A DNA stretch of 64,000 nt from a virus: positions 60,149 to 124,148 of IMG/VR virus record IMGVR_UViG_3300043449_002510; one strand, given 5' to 3'. A model generated the notes under the pieces. That model searched no databases. It was not told the origin of the DNA and was given only the letters and a program-made list of their open reading frames with translations. Position 1 is the first letter of the stretch. Each line of letters starts with the position of its first letter. A program made the translations under genes and the position numbers. Positions 31,311 to 41,716 of the stretch are shown here, piece by piece.

Positions 31311-32791
31311 AGGGTTTCAGATTCAACTGTTGCCTGTTGGTCTTGAACTAAAAATTGACTGTTTTGACGATTAATTGAATCAACCAATGATCCTCTTTCT
31401 TCGACTTTAAAATTACGAATCTCAAAATTAATAAAATTCTTAACGTATTTAACCTTACCGTCTGGGAACTGCCTTCTAATAAGATCTTGGTGACCAGCCG
31501 CATCTCTACCCTGAAAACGAGCCACAAGCTCAATTAGTTTGTGTGTTCCGCTCTCTGGAGTGTCTAGAGTAATCTCTTCAGCAACTCTCCTTCTCAGGAG
31601 ACCAACGTAAGTTGCATACCAAGTAATTCGATCAGAGATACCGATAGAACTTTCATCATCAACGATTTCGGAAACATCCCTATTGGTAACGATGCCACTT
31701 CTATTATTTTGGACGGCAGTAATAATTGGAGTATCAAGCTCTTCAGCCAACTTTTTAAGAGAATCAACTTTTTCGCCCATGAGCTGATATTCTTGCTGAT
31801 TACCACTAAGCTTATCAATTGCTTTAATGTAATCAAATACAATCATGCATTTATTTCCTCTGCCTACTTCCCTCAAATACCATCTTCTGGCCATCGACAT
31901 AATTTCGTCTATCTTCTTGTTGCCAATAAAGTGGTGAGTAACATTATAATTATTTTTAATATCTTTTAATACGCCTCTGACCTTGGTAACCATTTCCTGG
32001 TTCTTTCTCCAATTGCCAGTTTCAATATACCAGAGTGGAACACTAGTCTTTGCAGCGATTGCTCTAAACTTAGTTTCTTCAGTTGACATTTCTGTATCAA
32101 GATACAAAACTTTCATCTTATGAATCTTACTCATTTCCGATGCGACTTCGTTAAGAAATGTAGATTTACCGCTTTTAGCTCTTGAAGCAATAATATAAAG
32201 ATTTCTTCTTCTGAAGCCTCCATACAATCTGTTAAACTCTGGGAATGGGGTAGCATAGCCAATTTCTTCTTGGGGATTATTTCCTCTTTCTTCTGCGAGA
32301 TCTAAAAGGTCTTCAAAAAGGTTTTGATTGCCTTGTTCAATTGAAAAAGAATTAATTTTATCTCCGTAAATTGCATCAATTTCAGAAACCGTTTTATCTA
32401 AAGATTGATTTACAGATTTATTGATGTGATCTTTGATTTCGTCACAAGTACTTTCGACTTCTCTCAAGGCTCTTAATTTGACAAGCTCTTGACAAGCCTT
32501 AATTGTGGCATCCTTTGTAATCGGAGCAAAGGAAATGCTATCAATATAATCAAAAATATTAATATTATCTTTAAAAGATATACCAAGATTTTTAATTTTT
32601 TGCGCAAGAATGACTTTGTCTATCTTTTCCTTTTGAAGATAAGAAGAGATTATGCAGCTATAAATTGTGGAATGAGGTTGAGCAACAAAATCCGATGCAG
32701 AAACAAATCCCTCTATTTCAGAAATTGCTTCCTGATTTTGGATTAGTCCACCAAGAACATGTTTTTCAATTTGAAGAGAATGAAGAGGCAT
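31307..32791 (-). CDS. dnaB: Replicative DNA helicase
   Basis: N-terminal 'EKHVLGGLI', Walker A SRAKSGKS, DTEMS, FDYIK, 'PIITAVQNNR'. Confidence 0.92.
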   Translation of the reverse strand: MPLHSLQIEKHVLGGLIQNQEAISEIEGFVSASDFVAQPHSTIYSCIISSYLQKEKIDKVILAQKIKNLGISFKDNINIFDYIDSISFAPITKDATIKACQELVKLRALREVESTCDEIKDHINKSVNQSLDKTVSEIDAIYGDKINSFSIEQGNQNLFEDLLDLAEERGNNPQEEIGYATPFPEFNRLYGGFRRRNLYIIASRAKSGKSTFLNEVASEMSKIHKMKVLYLDTEMSTEETKFRAIAAKTSVPLWYIETGNWRKNQEMVTKVRGVLKDIKNNYNVTHHFIGNKKIDEIMSMARRWYLREVGRGNKCMIVFDYIKAIDKLSGNQQEYQLMGEKVDSLKKLAEELDTPIITAVQNNRSGIVTNRDVSEIVDDESSIGISDRITWYATYVGLLRRRVAEEITLDTPESGTHKLIELVARFQGRDAAGHQDLIRRQFPDGKVKYVKNFINFEIRNFKVEERGSLVDSINRQNSQFLVQDQQATVESETL

Positions 32792-32799
32792 ATTGTATT

Positions 32800-32828
32800 A
32801 TTATGCCAGTTTTTCTGCTGAAAGTCAA
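32800..32828 (-). promoter_or_regulatory. sigma70-type promoter TTGACT-N17-CATAAT
   Basis: Upstream of dnaB ATG at 32791. Confidence 0.55.
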
Positions 32829-33109
32829 GAATCTTGTCCGTTTAAGCCTTCTGGATCTTCTCCAACTGCCTTTTCAATATCATGCCTAGCATTTTCTATA
32901 TTTATATCTCCAAGAGCAATCGCCCAATCCGTTATGTATTTTTGTAAAGCTAAACAATGAGCAGGAGAATCAAAAGTCATCGCGTGTTCTGGGGAGCCGG
33001 ATTCTGAATTAAAATAAAATATAATAAAACCACCAGCAGTATGTTCTATCAACTGATTTAATAAATGATTTGGCACACCACCGTGATTTTTATTTTTTTG
33101 ATTTGCCAT
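32825..33109 (-). CDS. Hypothetical protein
   Basis: 94-aa ORF preceded by GTGTAA (reverse complement of 33121-33126). Confidence 0.6.
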   Translation of the reverse strand: MANQKNKNHGGVPNHLLNQLIEHTAGGFIIFYFNSESGSPEHAMTFDSPAHCLALQKYITDWAIALGDINIENARHDIEKAVGEDPEGLNGQDS

Positions 33110-33135
33110 CTTAAAATTTATTACACATTTTATTT

Positions 33136-33552
33136 TTAAAGTTTTAAATCAAATTTTTCTAAGAAGAATTCTTTATTTAATTTTGGAACCTCGTCTTCCA
33201 TTATTTCAATTAATTTAAAATTATTCTTTTCTAACCATTTTATTTTTTTAAAATCATTTTTGATTCCTTTTAAATAATTGGCTGGATTTCCATTATGAAA
33301 AAATGAATTGAAAGATTCGTGCTGCTTGCCATGAACTTCGATTGCTATTTTTAAAGTAGCGTTTAAAATGTCTACTTTAAGAAGAGTTCCAAAGCAGGGG
33401 AACTCTTCATAAACAATTTGACTTTGCCAAAATGGTCTTAGAAACTGTTTTGTTAAAAATTGTACATTTGAACGAGACTTTTTGTCCCAATCAATTATAT
33501 AATTAGAAACATTCCTGTTTACTAATCTTCCATTTATATCAAATAATCTCAT
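33136..33552 (-). CDS. DUF559/Vsr-like endonuclease
   Basis: 'YEEFP...VDI...IAIEVHGKQH...ND..K..WL..N.F.LIEI'. Confidence 0.7.
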   Translation of the reverse strand: MRLFDINGRLVNRNVSNYIIDWDKKSRSNVQFLTKQFLRPFWQSQIVYEEFPCFGTLLKVDILNATLKIAIEVHGKQHESFNSFFHNGNPANYLKGIKNDFKKIKWLEKNNFKLIEIMEDEVPKLNKEFFLEKFDLKL

Positions 33553-34682
33553 TTTGAGAGAGCTTCTTTAAATTTATTAAAGAAATACTTGGTTACATTT
33601 TGATTTTCTTCAAGATAAGATCTGAGATTGTCCATGCCTTGATGCTGCTGCTGAATTTCAACTCCAGCTTCTTTAGCTTCTTTAAGAATGGATTCATTAA
33701 AACTGAGCCATGGACCTTTCTTAATAATCATCTCCCACATGAGAAGCATGTCACAAATCTCGTACTCAACCCAAATACTGTTACCACCAGTTCTTCCATG
33801 TTTAACTGGATATTTAATTTTAACCATTTCATTTTCTTTATCGCTTTTCTTGATGGTTACGGAAACCCAATGACCAATAATTTTATTTTTATCTGGGTCA
33901 GGCTTTTCATTTGGCTTTTCAAGAATATTGTCACCATTATAACGGGGCTCAAATTCAAGAATATAATTAGCAAAATGTACTAATCCATAACCGCCACCGC
34001 CAGATGTTAAACGAGGTGGTTCTTTCGAATAAGGATCAAGCTTGATAGGGGAACTCATTTGAGAAATGCAAATGCAAACACATCCATATTTATGGATTGG
34101 TAAAGAAAGTCTCTGCAAAAATCTCTTCATTAGACCTTGGGGTCCAGCAACTTTTTCAGAACCAAGCTCCTTTTTTTCGTCAGCTTTGAGTCTTAAACCA
34201 TCAACGGAATCAATGATGATACAAAGCTTTTCCCCCTTTTCGTAACAAGTTTTAATAAGAGATTCAATCATAGAACAAATTGCTTCCATGATATTTGACT
34301 CAAGAACAAAACAGGTTCCAAAATCCCATTCCTCAGCAGAAAAAACAAATTTTAATCCTGATCTGCTTTTTACATTTTCAGAAAGTCTTCCTTCGGCTTT
34401 GACGAGAAGACCTCTGTGTTTTGGGTCAAGTTCCAAGAAGTTTTTCATTACAAGGAGTGACTCTGAGCTTTTTCCAGCGCCAGTATATCCACAAAATCTA
34501 TGAACACCTTCGCTAAGTGAAACTTGTTGGTCAAGAATTAGAGATCCAGTTGAAACTTTTACCGGATTATCTTCTACGAAGTTGTAGTGGTCATCCTTGT
34601 ATCCAGAGAGGAGTGAAGAAAGCAAGTTCTTTGTCTCTTCACCCGAATTTTTAACATCATCTGTATTTTTATTTTTAGCCAT
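33549..34682 (-). CDS. recA: RecA/UvsX-like recombinase
   Basis: 'VSTGSLILD', Walker A GYTGAGKS, Walker B IIIDSV, 'ISQM...TSGGGG'. Confidence 0.85.
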   Translation of the reverse strand: MAKNKNTDDVKNSGEETKNLLSSLLSGYKDDHYNFVEDNPVKVSTGSLILDQQVSLSEGVHRFCGYTGAGKSSESLLVMKNFLELDPKHRGLLVKAEGRLSENVKSRSGLKFVFSAEEWDFGTCFVLESNIMEAICSMIESLIKTCYEKGEKLCIIIDSVDGLRLKADEKKELGSEKVAGPQGLMKRFLQRLSLPIHKYGCVCICISQMSSPIKLDPYSKEPPRLTSGGGGYGLVHFANYILEFEPRYNGDNILEKPNEKPDPDKNKIIGHWVSVTIKKSDKENEMVKIKYPVKHGRTGGNSIWVEYEICDMLLMWEMIIKKGPWLSFNESILKEAKEAGVEIQQQHQGMDNLRSYLEENQNVTKYFFNKFKEALSK

Positions 34683-34684
34683 AA

Positions 34685-35074
34685 TTATTTAAATAAATTT
34701 AAAAAGTCTTTTAACGATTTTGGTTTTTTTACTATTTGTGCGTCTTCCCCCACTTTGTATTCTTCCATTTTGATATTACTTTGTTGTGGAGATAGATTGT
34801 TTTTTGTCTTTTGATATTCAAAAAGCTGGTCAGAAAGATAATTCTTGCCGTCTTTGGTGAGAAAGAAAGCGAGGGTTGAAACTTTATAATTTGAGGGTGG
34901 AGAAAGCCATTCAAGAAATTCTATACCATAAACTCCAATGAGCTTATTAAGCATTTTCATTTCGCGAGGCCAGAAGTTCTTATTACAAAAGAACTCGACA
35001 TTGACAAATTTTTTAATTAAAATTTGATTTTTGCTAAGTTTTCTAGCTTTTTTAGGTTTGGATTCCAACTTCAT
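34685..35074 (-). CDS. Hypothetical basic protein
   Basis: 129-aa ORF in operon. Confidence 0.55.
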   Translation of the reverse strand: MKLESKPKKARKLSKNQILIKKFVNVEFFCNKNFWPREMKMLNKLIGVYGIEFLEWLSPPSNYKVSTLAFFLTKDGKNYLSDQLFEYQKTKNNLSPQQSNIKMEEYKVGEDAQIVKKPKSLKDFLNLFK

Positions 35075-36119
35075 TAAGGCATGATTCTACCATACATTTT
35101 ACTAAGTTGTCAAACGAAATCTCAGGTTTCCAATTTAGCTCCTGTCTGGCAGGAGTAGAATCTCCAAGAAGTAAATCCACTTCTGCTGGCCTATAAAATT
35201 TGGGATTAATTTTTACTAAAATAGAACTTTTTAAATTAAATTTTTCAACAGTCTCTTTTGTTGCAGAATATTCTTCGCTAACGCCATTACCATGCCAAAC
35301 ACCTTTTAATCCAGCGTATTCAAAAGCTTTTTCTACAAACTCTCTAATACTATGAGTTTCATTAGAAGAAAGGATGTATTCTTTAGGTTTTTCTTGGTTC
35401 ATCATTAACCAAATACCTTTAATAAAATCTTTCGCGTGAGACCAATCCCTTTTTGAATCAAGATTTCCGAGTTCAAGGGCTTGAAAAGTTTCTTGATTTA
35501 AAATAGATTTTTTAATTCTTGCTACATTTTTTGTTATTTTTTGAGTAACAAACTCTTCTCCTCTTCTTTCGCTCTCATGATTGTAAAGAATAGAGTGGAT
35601 AGCGTATAGTCCATATGAATCTCTGTAAACTTTAGTTATGTGTCTGGCGGCAGCTTTTGCTGCTCCATATGGAGAACGCGGCCTAATTGGATGGTTTAAA
35701 TCTTGAGGGGAATAAACAACATCCCCCATTTCTTCAGAACTTCCTGCACTATAAAAACGACACTGAGGAGCCAGTTTTCTTATTGCTTCAAGACATCGCA
35801 ACACTCCCATTGCAACACAATCAAATGTTTGCTCCGGAATTTGCCAACTTGCCCCCACAAAAGATTGCGCTCCGAAATTAATAAAATAATCGGGTTTAAT
35901 TTCTCTTACTATATTTTCTATTGATTGAGAATCGCACAAATCTCCCGTTACGAATTTAAATTTTGAATTATTTATTGAATTCTTTAAATTAGAATAGTCT
36001 GGTTTAGCTGACCTTCTTATAAGTCCATAGATTTCATGGTTTGTATTTTCAAGCAAATAATCAACCATAAAAGATCCATCTTGTCCACTCACTCCGGTAA
36101 TTAAAACTTTTTTATTCAT
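35052..36119 (-). CDS. gmd: GDP-mannose 4,6-dehydratase
   Basis: ITGVSGQDGS, AQSFV, PRSPYGAAK, NHESERRGEEFVTQKIT, LGNLDSKRDW, YRPAEVDLLLGD. Confidence 0.95.
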   Translation of the reverse strand: MNKKVLITGVSGQDGSFMVDYLLENTNHEIYGLIRRSAKPDYSNLKNSINNSKFKFVTGDLCDSQSIENIVREIKPDYFINFGAQSFVGASWQIPEQTFDCVAMGVLRCLEAIRKLAPQCRFYSAGSSEEMGDVVYSPQDLNHPIRPRSPYGAAKAAARHITKVYRDSYGLYAIHSILYNHESERRGEEFVTQKITKNVARIKKSILNQETFQALELGNLDSKRDWSHAKDFIKGIWLMMNQEKPKEYILSSNETHSIREFVEKAFEYAGLKGVWHGNGVSEEYSATKETVEKFNLKSSILVKINPKFYRPAEVDLLLGDSTPARQELNWKPEISFDNLVKCMVESCLNEVGIQT

Positions 36120-36121
36120 AT

Positions 36122-37075
36122 TTAATTTCCATTATATGCTTCATTATATCTGATCAGTAGTTCTTTTAAGTATTCAAAATGAGTGTTTGGATCTAAAATG
36201 AGGCTGGCAAATTTTTTTTGTTTTTCTTTTATTTCTGGATTATATTTTATATTAAAAGACAAAATATCTTCTTCTGAACAAATAGGTAAAATGTTATTTT
36301 TTTGGATATAAGGATAATACCAATTTACTAAATTGCATAATTCAGATTTTAAATGAATTAAATAACAATTCGATGCCATTCCCCACCCTGTTCTATCCCA
36401 AGATGCAGCATTGCCATCTATGTTTAGAATATATTTATTTTCAAGCTGTTTGTTTATTGGTATATATTCCCCTTTTATTTTATCAATATCAACTCCTAAA
36501 TCCTGAAGCATTTCTTTTTTAAATGAAACAAAATTAGTAATTTTTGCAGTTACATTTGCATTTCCATAAGCTTTGTTACAAAATTTTATTCTTTGATTCA
36601 ATAGATCTTCATATAAAGCTCCGGTGTCTGATCCACAAAAGTGTATTTTATCTTTTTTTGTTTCAAATGAAGTGTCATTTTTTAAATGTTCATTTAAACT
36701 AAATATATGATAGAAAATATGTGGATCTGGTATTTGTAAGTGATTTGAATCAAATGAACAAGAGAAACAAAGTCTTGTATATTTTTCTCCTTGTTGTACA
36801 GTATCGTGAGTTGCTACTATGATTTGGCAATTTAAATTTAAATTATAATAATTGATTGTTCTATAAATCAAATCTTTTACAAAATTAAATCTTATTTCAC
36901 TTTGTTCTTGATGCGCCCTTGATATATTTATATTTTTGCCATTGATATCAAAAACTATTTCTTGAGAAGAAATTGACCAATCTTTTCTGCATCTAAGATG
37001 TTTTATGCAATTTTTTTTGAAAACTTCATTCAAACAATGATTTATAAGCTCTTCTTTAGAAAAATTTATTTCCAT
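36122..37075 (-). CDS. GT90 (CAP10/POGLUT-like) glycosyltransferase
   Basis: 'FETKKDKIHFCGSDTG', 'KYILNIDGNAASWDR', 'WYYPY' GT90 motifs. Confidence 0.7.
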   Translation of the reverse strand: MEINFSKEELINHCLNEVFKKNCIKHLRCRKDWSISSQEIVFDINGKNINISRAHQEQSEIRFNFVKDLIYRTINYYNLNLNCQIIVATHDTVQQGEKYTRLCFSCSFDSNHLQIPDPHIFYHIFSLNEHLKNDTSFETKKDKIHFCGSDTGALYEDLLNQRIKFCNKAYGNANVTAKITNFVSFKKEMLQDLGVDIDKIKGEYIPINKQLENKYILNIDGNAASWDRTGWGMASNCYLIHLKSELCNLVNWYYPYIQKNNILPICSEEDILSFNIKYNPEIKEKQKKFASLILDPNTHFEYLKELLIRYNEAYNGN

Positions 37076-37088
37076 GCTTATATTATGT

Positions 37089-37796
37089 TTAAAATTTTAT
37101 TTCAAATCTTTTTCTATTAAAAAATTCTTCATATTCTTCTGGATATATGTCTTTATATTTTGTAGATTCGTCATGCGATCTGTTTTTATCATGCACTTGA
37201 TATATTGAGACTGTCTTGTCAATATATTTAAATTCTCCAAGTGGTTTTATTAACTTTGCTAATTCCCAATCACATGCTCTTTTAGGAAAAGTAATGGGTA
37301 TTTTTTCGTATACATTGCTCTTATAAATAAATTGTCCATTATCTATTCCCCAGCCATTATTTTCTAATGGATTCCAATTTGGTTTTTTAATATCTTCTGT
37401 GAGAGTTTTTGAATCACAATAAAAATTTTTTCTATTTCCATAAGAAAGAACTATATTTTTTTCAAAACCATTTATTAAATCTTCAAACTTATTTGGCAAA
37501 TTTACAACGTCGTCATCTATTGGAGCTATAAATTCTCCGATTGAATTACATATTCCAATTGCCCTCGGAATAGAAACAGAGCCAGAATTTTTTTTTAAAT
37601 TTATTAATTTAATTTTTTCTGAAATGTAGGGCTTTACTTTTTCTTCTGTATCATCAGATGAATTATCATTTATGATTAAAAGTTCCCAATTATCGTAAGT
37701 TTGATTTTTAATCTCTAATATTCTTTCTATTAAAAAATTTGAACGGTTATAAGTGGGAAGGATTGCTGAAATTAATTTTTCTTTAATCATATTCAT
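37089..37796 (-). CDS. GT2 glycosyltransferase
   Basis: 'ISAILPTYNR', 'ELLIINDNSSD', DDD motif. Confidence 0.9.
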   Translation of the reverse strand: MNMIKEKLISAILPTYNRSNFLIERILEIKNQTYDNWELLIINDNSSDDTEEKVKPYISEKIKLINLKKNSGSVSIPRAIGICNSIGEFIAPIDDDVVNLPNKFEDLINGFEKNIVLSYGNRKNFYCDSKTLTEDIKKPNWNPLENNGWGIDNGQFIYKSNVYEKIPITFPKRACDWELAKLIKPLGEFKYIDKTVSIYQVHDKNRSHDESTKYKDIYPEEYEEFFNRKRFEIKF

Positions 37797-38418
37797 TTAT
37801 AAATTTAAATTCTACGTCGTTTTCTTTTATGAACATCGCGACTCTTTCAAAAGTTTCTTCTATTCCATTTTGACAGACATTATGAGTATGACCGTGACCT
37901 ATTAAAAATAAATTATTTGACTGGGGGGCATCTTTTAAATTCCAATTATAAATTACATTTTTTATATTTGTATTTTTTTCTGCTAAACTTTTGTAATCTT
38001 CGTGAGTATAAACATGAGTATAATTTAATTCAATTAAAGCATCATATGTATTTTGGTTTATTCCCCAATGTGGACCTCTAAATACTTTTACAAAAGGTAA
38101 ATTACATTCTTTAAATTCATTTTCTGCATCTATTATTTTATTTACAGCTTCTTCTCTTGACAAATGTTTAAATTCTTCAATCGAATGAAACAATCCATGA
38201 ACTCCAAGTGTTATATTTTTATCATTTATTAAATTTTTAACTTCTTCACACCACTCTTTATTTGAAGATAGCTTATAACCAGAATGTTTTGGAGTAGTAA
38301 AAAGAGAAATTTTTATATTAGGTATTATTTCAATAAATTTTTTTATTGTTTTTAAACAGTTCTCTGGATATTTCCAATGAAAATCATCGTATTCTAAAAT
38401 AAGATTTTTCTTAATCAT
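37783..38418 (-). CDS. Polysaccharide deacetylase (DUF2334/CE4-like)
   Basis: 'YDDF', 'VHGLFH', 'FRGPHW', 'HGH'. Confidence 0.8.
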   Translation of the reverse strand: MIKKNLILEYDDFHWKYPENCLKTIKKFIEIIPNIKISLFTTPKHSGYKLSSNKEWCEEVKNLINDKNITLGVHGLFHSIEEFKHLSREEAVNKIIDAENEFKECNLPFVKVFRGPHWGINQNTYDALIELNYTHVYTHEDYKSLAEKNTNIKNVIYNWNLKDAPQSNNLFLIGHGHTHNVCQNGIEETFERVAMFIKENDVEFKFINEYD

Positions 38419-39215
38419 GATAAGATTTTTATTAATTTTCTTTCTATTTCTTCTTCATTATAAGAAGTAGCCAAGCATTCATGAAAACAATTATTTTTTG
38501 TTCTCATTTCTTTTTCTTTCTCTTCGCACATTGAAACGCATTCTCTCAAATCATAAATTGGAATTGTTCTTGAAAAATGAGAAAACTTCCAATATGGCAT
38601 ATAAGAAAAAAAAGTTAAACAATTCGTTTCTATTGAAGCAGCCAGGTGATAACAAAAAGAAATCGGACCTATAAAAAGTTTAGTTGTTTCTAATTTTTTT
38701 AATATTTCTTTAATATCTGATGTGCTTTTATAAATTCCACAATCTCCTATGAATTCTATTTTGTATCCAAAGTCATTGGCTATTTTAAAAATAAGATCGC
38801 AATATTTTTTTGGAATAAATCTACGATTGTATTCTTTACTAAAAATATTTAAACAAATTGTTTTTTCGACCTCTTTATTTTTTATTATTTGTTTGTTTTC
38901 ATTATATAAATTTACTACTTTTGTTGGATCAATAAAAAATCCTAATTGATAGGAAAATCTTTGCATTGTATGTAATCCATAAAGATTTTCTTTTAGCTGA
39001 CTTACCCACTTTAATTCTAAAGCGATATCCTCTGTATCTTTTTCATTATCTGTTACATTAAAGTAGGGATTATTATTTAATATGTTTAATAAACCTGGAG
39101 AAGTTATATATGTAGGTTTTATATTATGAATTCTTGCATACTCTTGAATACAGCTTGCCGCTATAATACAATCTCCAAGTCCTTCTTTTAATTTAAAAAC
39201 TTTACAAACATTCAT
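38415..39215 (-). CDS. GT9-like glycosyltransferase
   Basis: 'GLGDCII', 'NNPY', 'LFIGPISFCYHLAAS'; start at ATGA overlap (39215). Confidence 0.65.
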   Translation of the reverse strand: MNVCKVFKLKEGLGDCIIAASCIQEYARIHNIKPTYITSPGLLNILNNNPYFNVTDNEKDTEDIALELKWVSQLKENLYGLHTMQRFSYQLGFFIDPTKVVNLYNENKQIIKNKEVEKTICLNIFSKEYNRRFIPKKYCDLIFKIANDFGYKIEFIGDCGIYKSTSDIKEILKKLETTKLFIGPISFCYHLAASIETNCLTFFSYMPYWKFSHFSRTIPIYDLRECVSMCEEKEKEMRTKNNCFHECLATSYNEEEIERKLIKILS

Positions 39216-39823
39216 TTTTTTATAAAAAAAGCTATCCATGATCTTCCTATTTTAAAACATTCATCATTCCTTGATTCGAGATAAATTCTTACATCATCAT
39301 GATCTGGCTCGCATAAAGACTTGTTACATTTGTTGTCTTTATTGTAAACATCGTGCCATATTAATATGCCGCCTTCTTTTAATGCTTTTAGAGAATTTTC
39401 TGAATCTTTTTTTACTTGATCGAAAGAATGATCTCCATCTATAAAAATAGCATCAAATTTTTCTTTATTTTTTAAGAAAAACTCATCTGATTTTATCAAT
39501 TCTTTAGTTACATTTTTACTAATTATTTTTCTTCCACTTTCTTCTCTGCTTAAAATTTCATTATTTTGATACAAAAGATTTTCGCATATATCTTTACATA
39601 TATCTATTGTTAATATTTCTGAATCTAAATTATTTTTTGCTATATTTTCTGTAGTATGCCCCAGATATGTTCCTATTTCTAAAATTTTTTTTCTATTAAA
39701 ACATAAATTAACTACGGTTTCCGTATCCAAATGATCTGTCCAATGAAGATTAAGATTATCAAATGATAAATTTGGAATATTAAGCATTCTACAAGCTTCT
39801 TCTTTAGTTATCGTTTTTAACAT
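39212..39823 (-). CDS. Class I SAM-dependent methyltransferase (Methyltransf_24-like)
   Basis: ILEIGTYLG, IFIDGDHS, GGILIWHD; start reassigned to 39823. Confidence 0.85.
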   Translation of the reverse strand: MLKTITKEEACRMLNIPNLSFDNLNLHWTDHLDTETVVNLCFNRKKILEIGTYLGHTTENIAKNNLDSEILTIDICKDICENLLYQNNEILSREESGRKIISKNVTKELIKSDEFFLKNKEKFDAIFIDGDHSFDQVKKDSENSLKALKEGGILIWHDVYNKDNKCNKSLCEPDHDDVRIYLESRNDECFKIGRSWIAFFIKK

Positions 39824-39824
39824 A

Positions 39825-40742
39825 TTAATAATAGTAATCGTTTTCAAAAACAAATATTTGTTTTTCTTTTGGGTACCCTTTGTATAAATCACATATTATT
39901 TTTTTCTTTTCTTTTAAATACTTATGCATATCCTCAATTCCGTATTCAAATCCTTGCGCAGATTTATTCCACTCTATTGAGTGAGCGCTCTTTTCATTTA
40001 TAGGCCAATTTAATTTATGTGAATGAAAAAAATAAATTGGGATTTGTAATTCTATGTTTTTAATACTAAGTTCTTGAATTTTTTTATTCATGTACTCTTC
40101 GCATGATCCAGAGCTTCCATTTAATGGGAAAAATTTTTTATAAGTTTCTGTAAGCATTAAGTGATGAGCATTACCTAATAAATTATATATTATTCCATTA
40201 TAATTTCCAAATTTACCCCATCCTTTAGGTCCCCAAGCGCCATTTATTCCAACGTTATCTAAATCTGAAGGTAAACCGCTTCTAAAAGTTATTACTCCAA
40301 CATTGTTTTTTTTTGCTTCCTCACTATTCAATACTTCATAACAAATTTCAACAAAGTCTAATTTTAAAGGATTAAAACATATATGATCGTCTTCAATATG
40401 TAAAACCAAATCAGAATCTATCGTCTCTGCGTATTTGTTGATCATTGCAGATGATCCTCCATGTTTAAAATTTAAAATACTTGGAGATAAAATAGTTTTA
40501 TGCCAATCCAAGGCATCTTGATAATCACTTCCATCATCAAGCAATGAATATCTTTTTATTTTTTGTTGATTTATTGAGTTTACAAAGCTAGTTATGCTTT
40601 CAACTGAATATTTGCTGATTCTTAATCTTTCTTCTGATGTCCAAGGTTTTATATTGTTCCAGTCTGGAAGACCTATTCTTTCTCGGCATTTGACAGTTGA
40701 ATGATGACAGCTTGTAACGTGAATATCTATTTTCATTTTCAA
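39825..40742 (-). CDS. Putative GT-A fold glycosyltransferase
   Basis: 'LLDDGS', 'LHIEDD'; glycan cluster context. Confidence 0.55.
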   Translation of the reverse strand: MKMKIDIHVTSCHHSTVKCRERIGLPDWNNIKPWTSEERLRISKYSVESITSFVNSINQQKIKRYSLLDDGSDYQDALDWHKTILSPSILNFKHGGSSAMINKYAETIDSDLVLHIEDDHICFNPLKLDFVEICYEVLNSEEAKKNNVGVITFRSGLPSDLDNVGINGAWGPKGWGKFGNYNGIIYNLLGNAHHLMLTETYKKFFPLNGSSGSCEEYMNKKIQELSIKNIELQIPIYFFHSHKLNWPINEKSAHSIEWNKSAQGFEYGIEDMHKYLKEKKKIICDLYKGYPKEKQIFVFENDYYY

Positions 40743-41296
40743 ACTTTATATACCCAAAAATTTCCTGCATAAATATCTACAGTGCAATCGCCACCTGATC
40801 TTGGTTGTACATAAAAATTATTTAAACATTCTGAAACAGCTTTAGTTACTCCTTCCCAATCATAATCATCTCCACAAAGTGTTCCACCTTTTTTTACTTT
40901 TGGAATCCATTTGATAATATCTGTTTTTACGTCTTCGTATTCATGAGAAGCGTCTATCATGATTGCATAAACAGAATTATCAGGGAAAAAATCTGCTAAT
41001 CTAGAACTTTCACCTTTTAAAACTGTTAATGGGTATTTTTCATCTAAATTGTCAATATTTTTCTTAAAGTCGTTATAAAAATTTGTCTCTGTATGCTCTT
41101 TCGATCCCATAAATGTATCTATTGAGACAATTGAAATATTTTTTTGTGATTTTTTTGCTAATTCTAAAAGATAAGCTGTTGATCTTCCATAATAGCTGCC
41201 TATTTCAATAATCATTTCATTTTCTGGAATATTATTTATAATTTCTTCGTACAGTTTCCCATATCCAAAAAAACCTTTTATATCGGAATATTTCAT
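40739..41296 (-). CDS. Class I SAM-dependent methyltransferase (Methyltransf_24-like)
   Basis: IEIGSYYGRS, IDASHEY, GGTLCGDDY. Confidence 0.88.
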   Translation of the reverse strand: MKYSDIKGFFGYGKLYEEIINNIPENEMIIEIGSYYGRSTAYLLELAKKSQKNISIVSIDTFMGSKEHTETNFYNDFKKNIDNLDEKYPLTVLKGESSRLADFFPDNSVYAIMIDASHEYEDVKTDIIKWIPKVKKGGTLCGDDYDWEGVTKAVSECLNNFYVQPRSGGDCTVDIYAGNFWVYKV

Positions 41297-41299
41297 ATA

Positions 41300-41689
41300 T
41301 TAATTATTTTTTTCAAAAAAAGCTTTCATTTCTGTCGCAAGTTCTTCTTTCACATGTTTTGCATGTTGATAACAAATTTCTTCGATTAAATCTGGAATAG
41401 ACTTAGTTGGTTGAGAAAATGTTCTATTGTCTGATAAAGTATTGTAGCTTTGGGTTTCGACAATCTCAGAAAGTATTTTATCCATTTCTCTTTTTAATAA
41501 ATTTCTAAATTCACATTCATTTCTAGATAATCTATCGTATTCGACAATTAAGCTTTTGTCAGGATTTTCTTTTAAACTCTCTTCTCTCTTTTTGTTTTCA
41601 AAAAACGCCAATTTATTTGTTGTTACAGCCAAACGATCGACAATATCGGCAAATGTATTAAAATTAGGTATGTATATTTTTTTATTCAT
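41300..41689 (-). CDS. Small helical protein (DUF4254-like)
   Basis: 'ADIVDRLAV..NK...N..RN.LK..MD' pattern seen in glycan gene clusters. Confidence 0.4.
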   Translation of the reverse strand: MNKKIYIPNFNTFADIVDRLAVTTNKLAFFENKKREESLKENPDKSLIVEYDRLSRNECEFRNLLKREMDKILSEIVETQSYNTLSDNRTFSQPTKSIPDLIEEICYQHAKHVKEELATEMKAFFEKNN

Positions 41690-41716
41690 ATTTTATATTT
41701 TTAAAATCGTTATTTA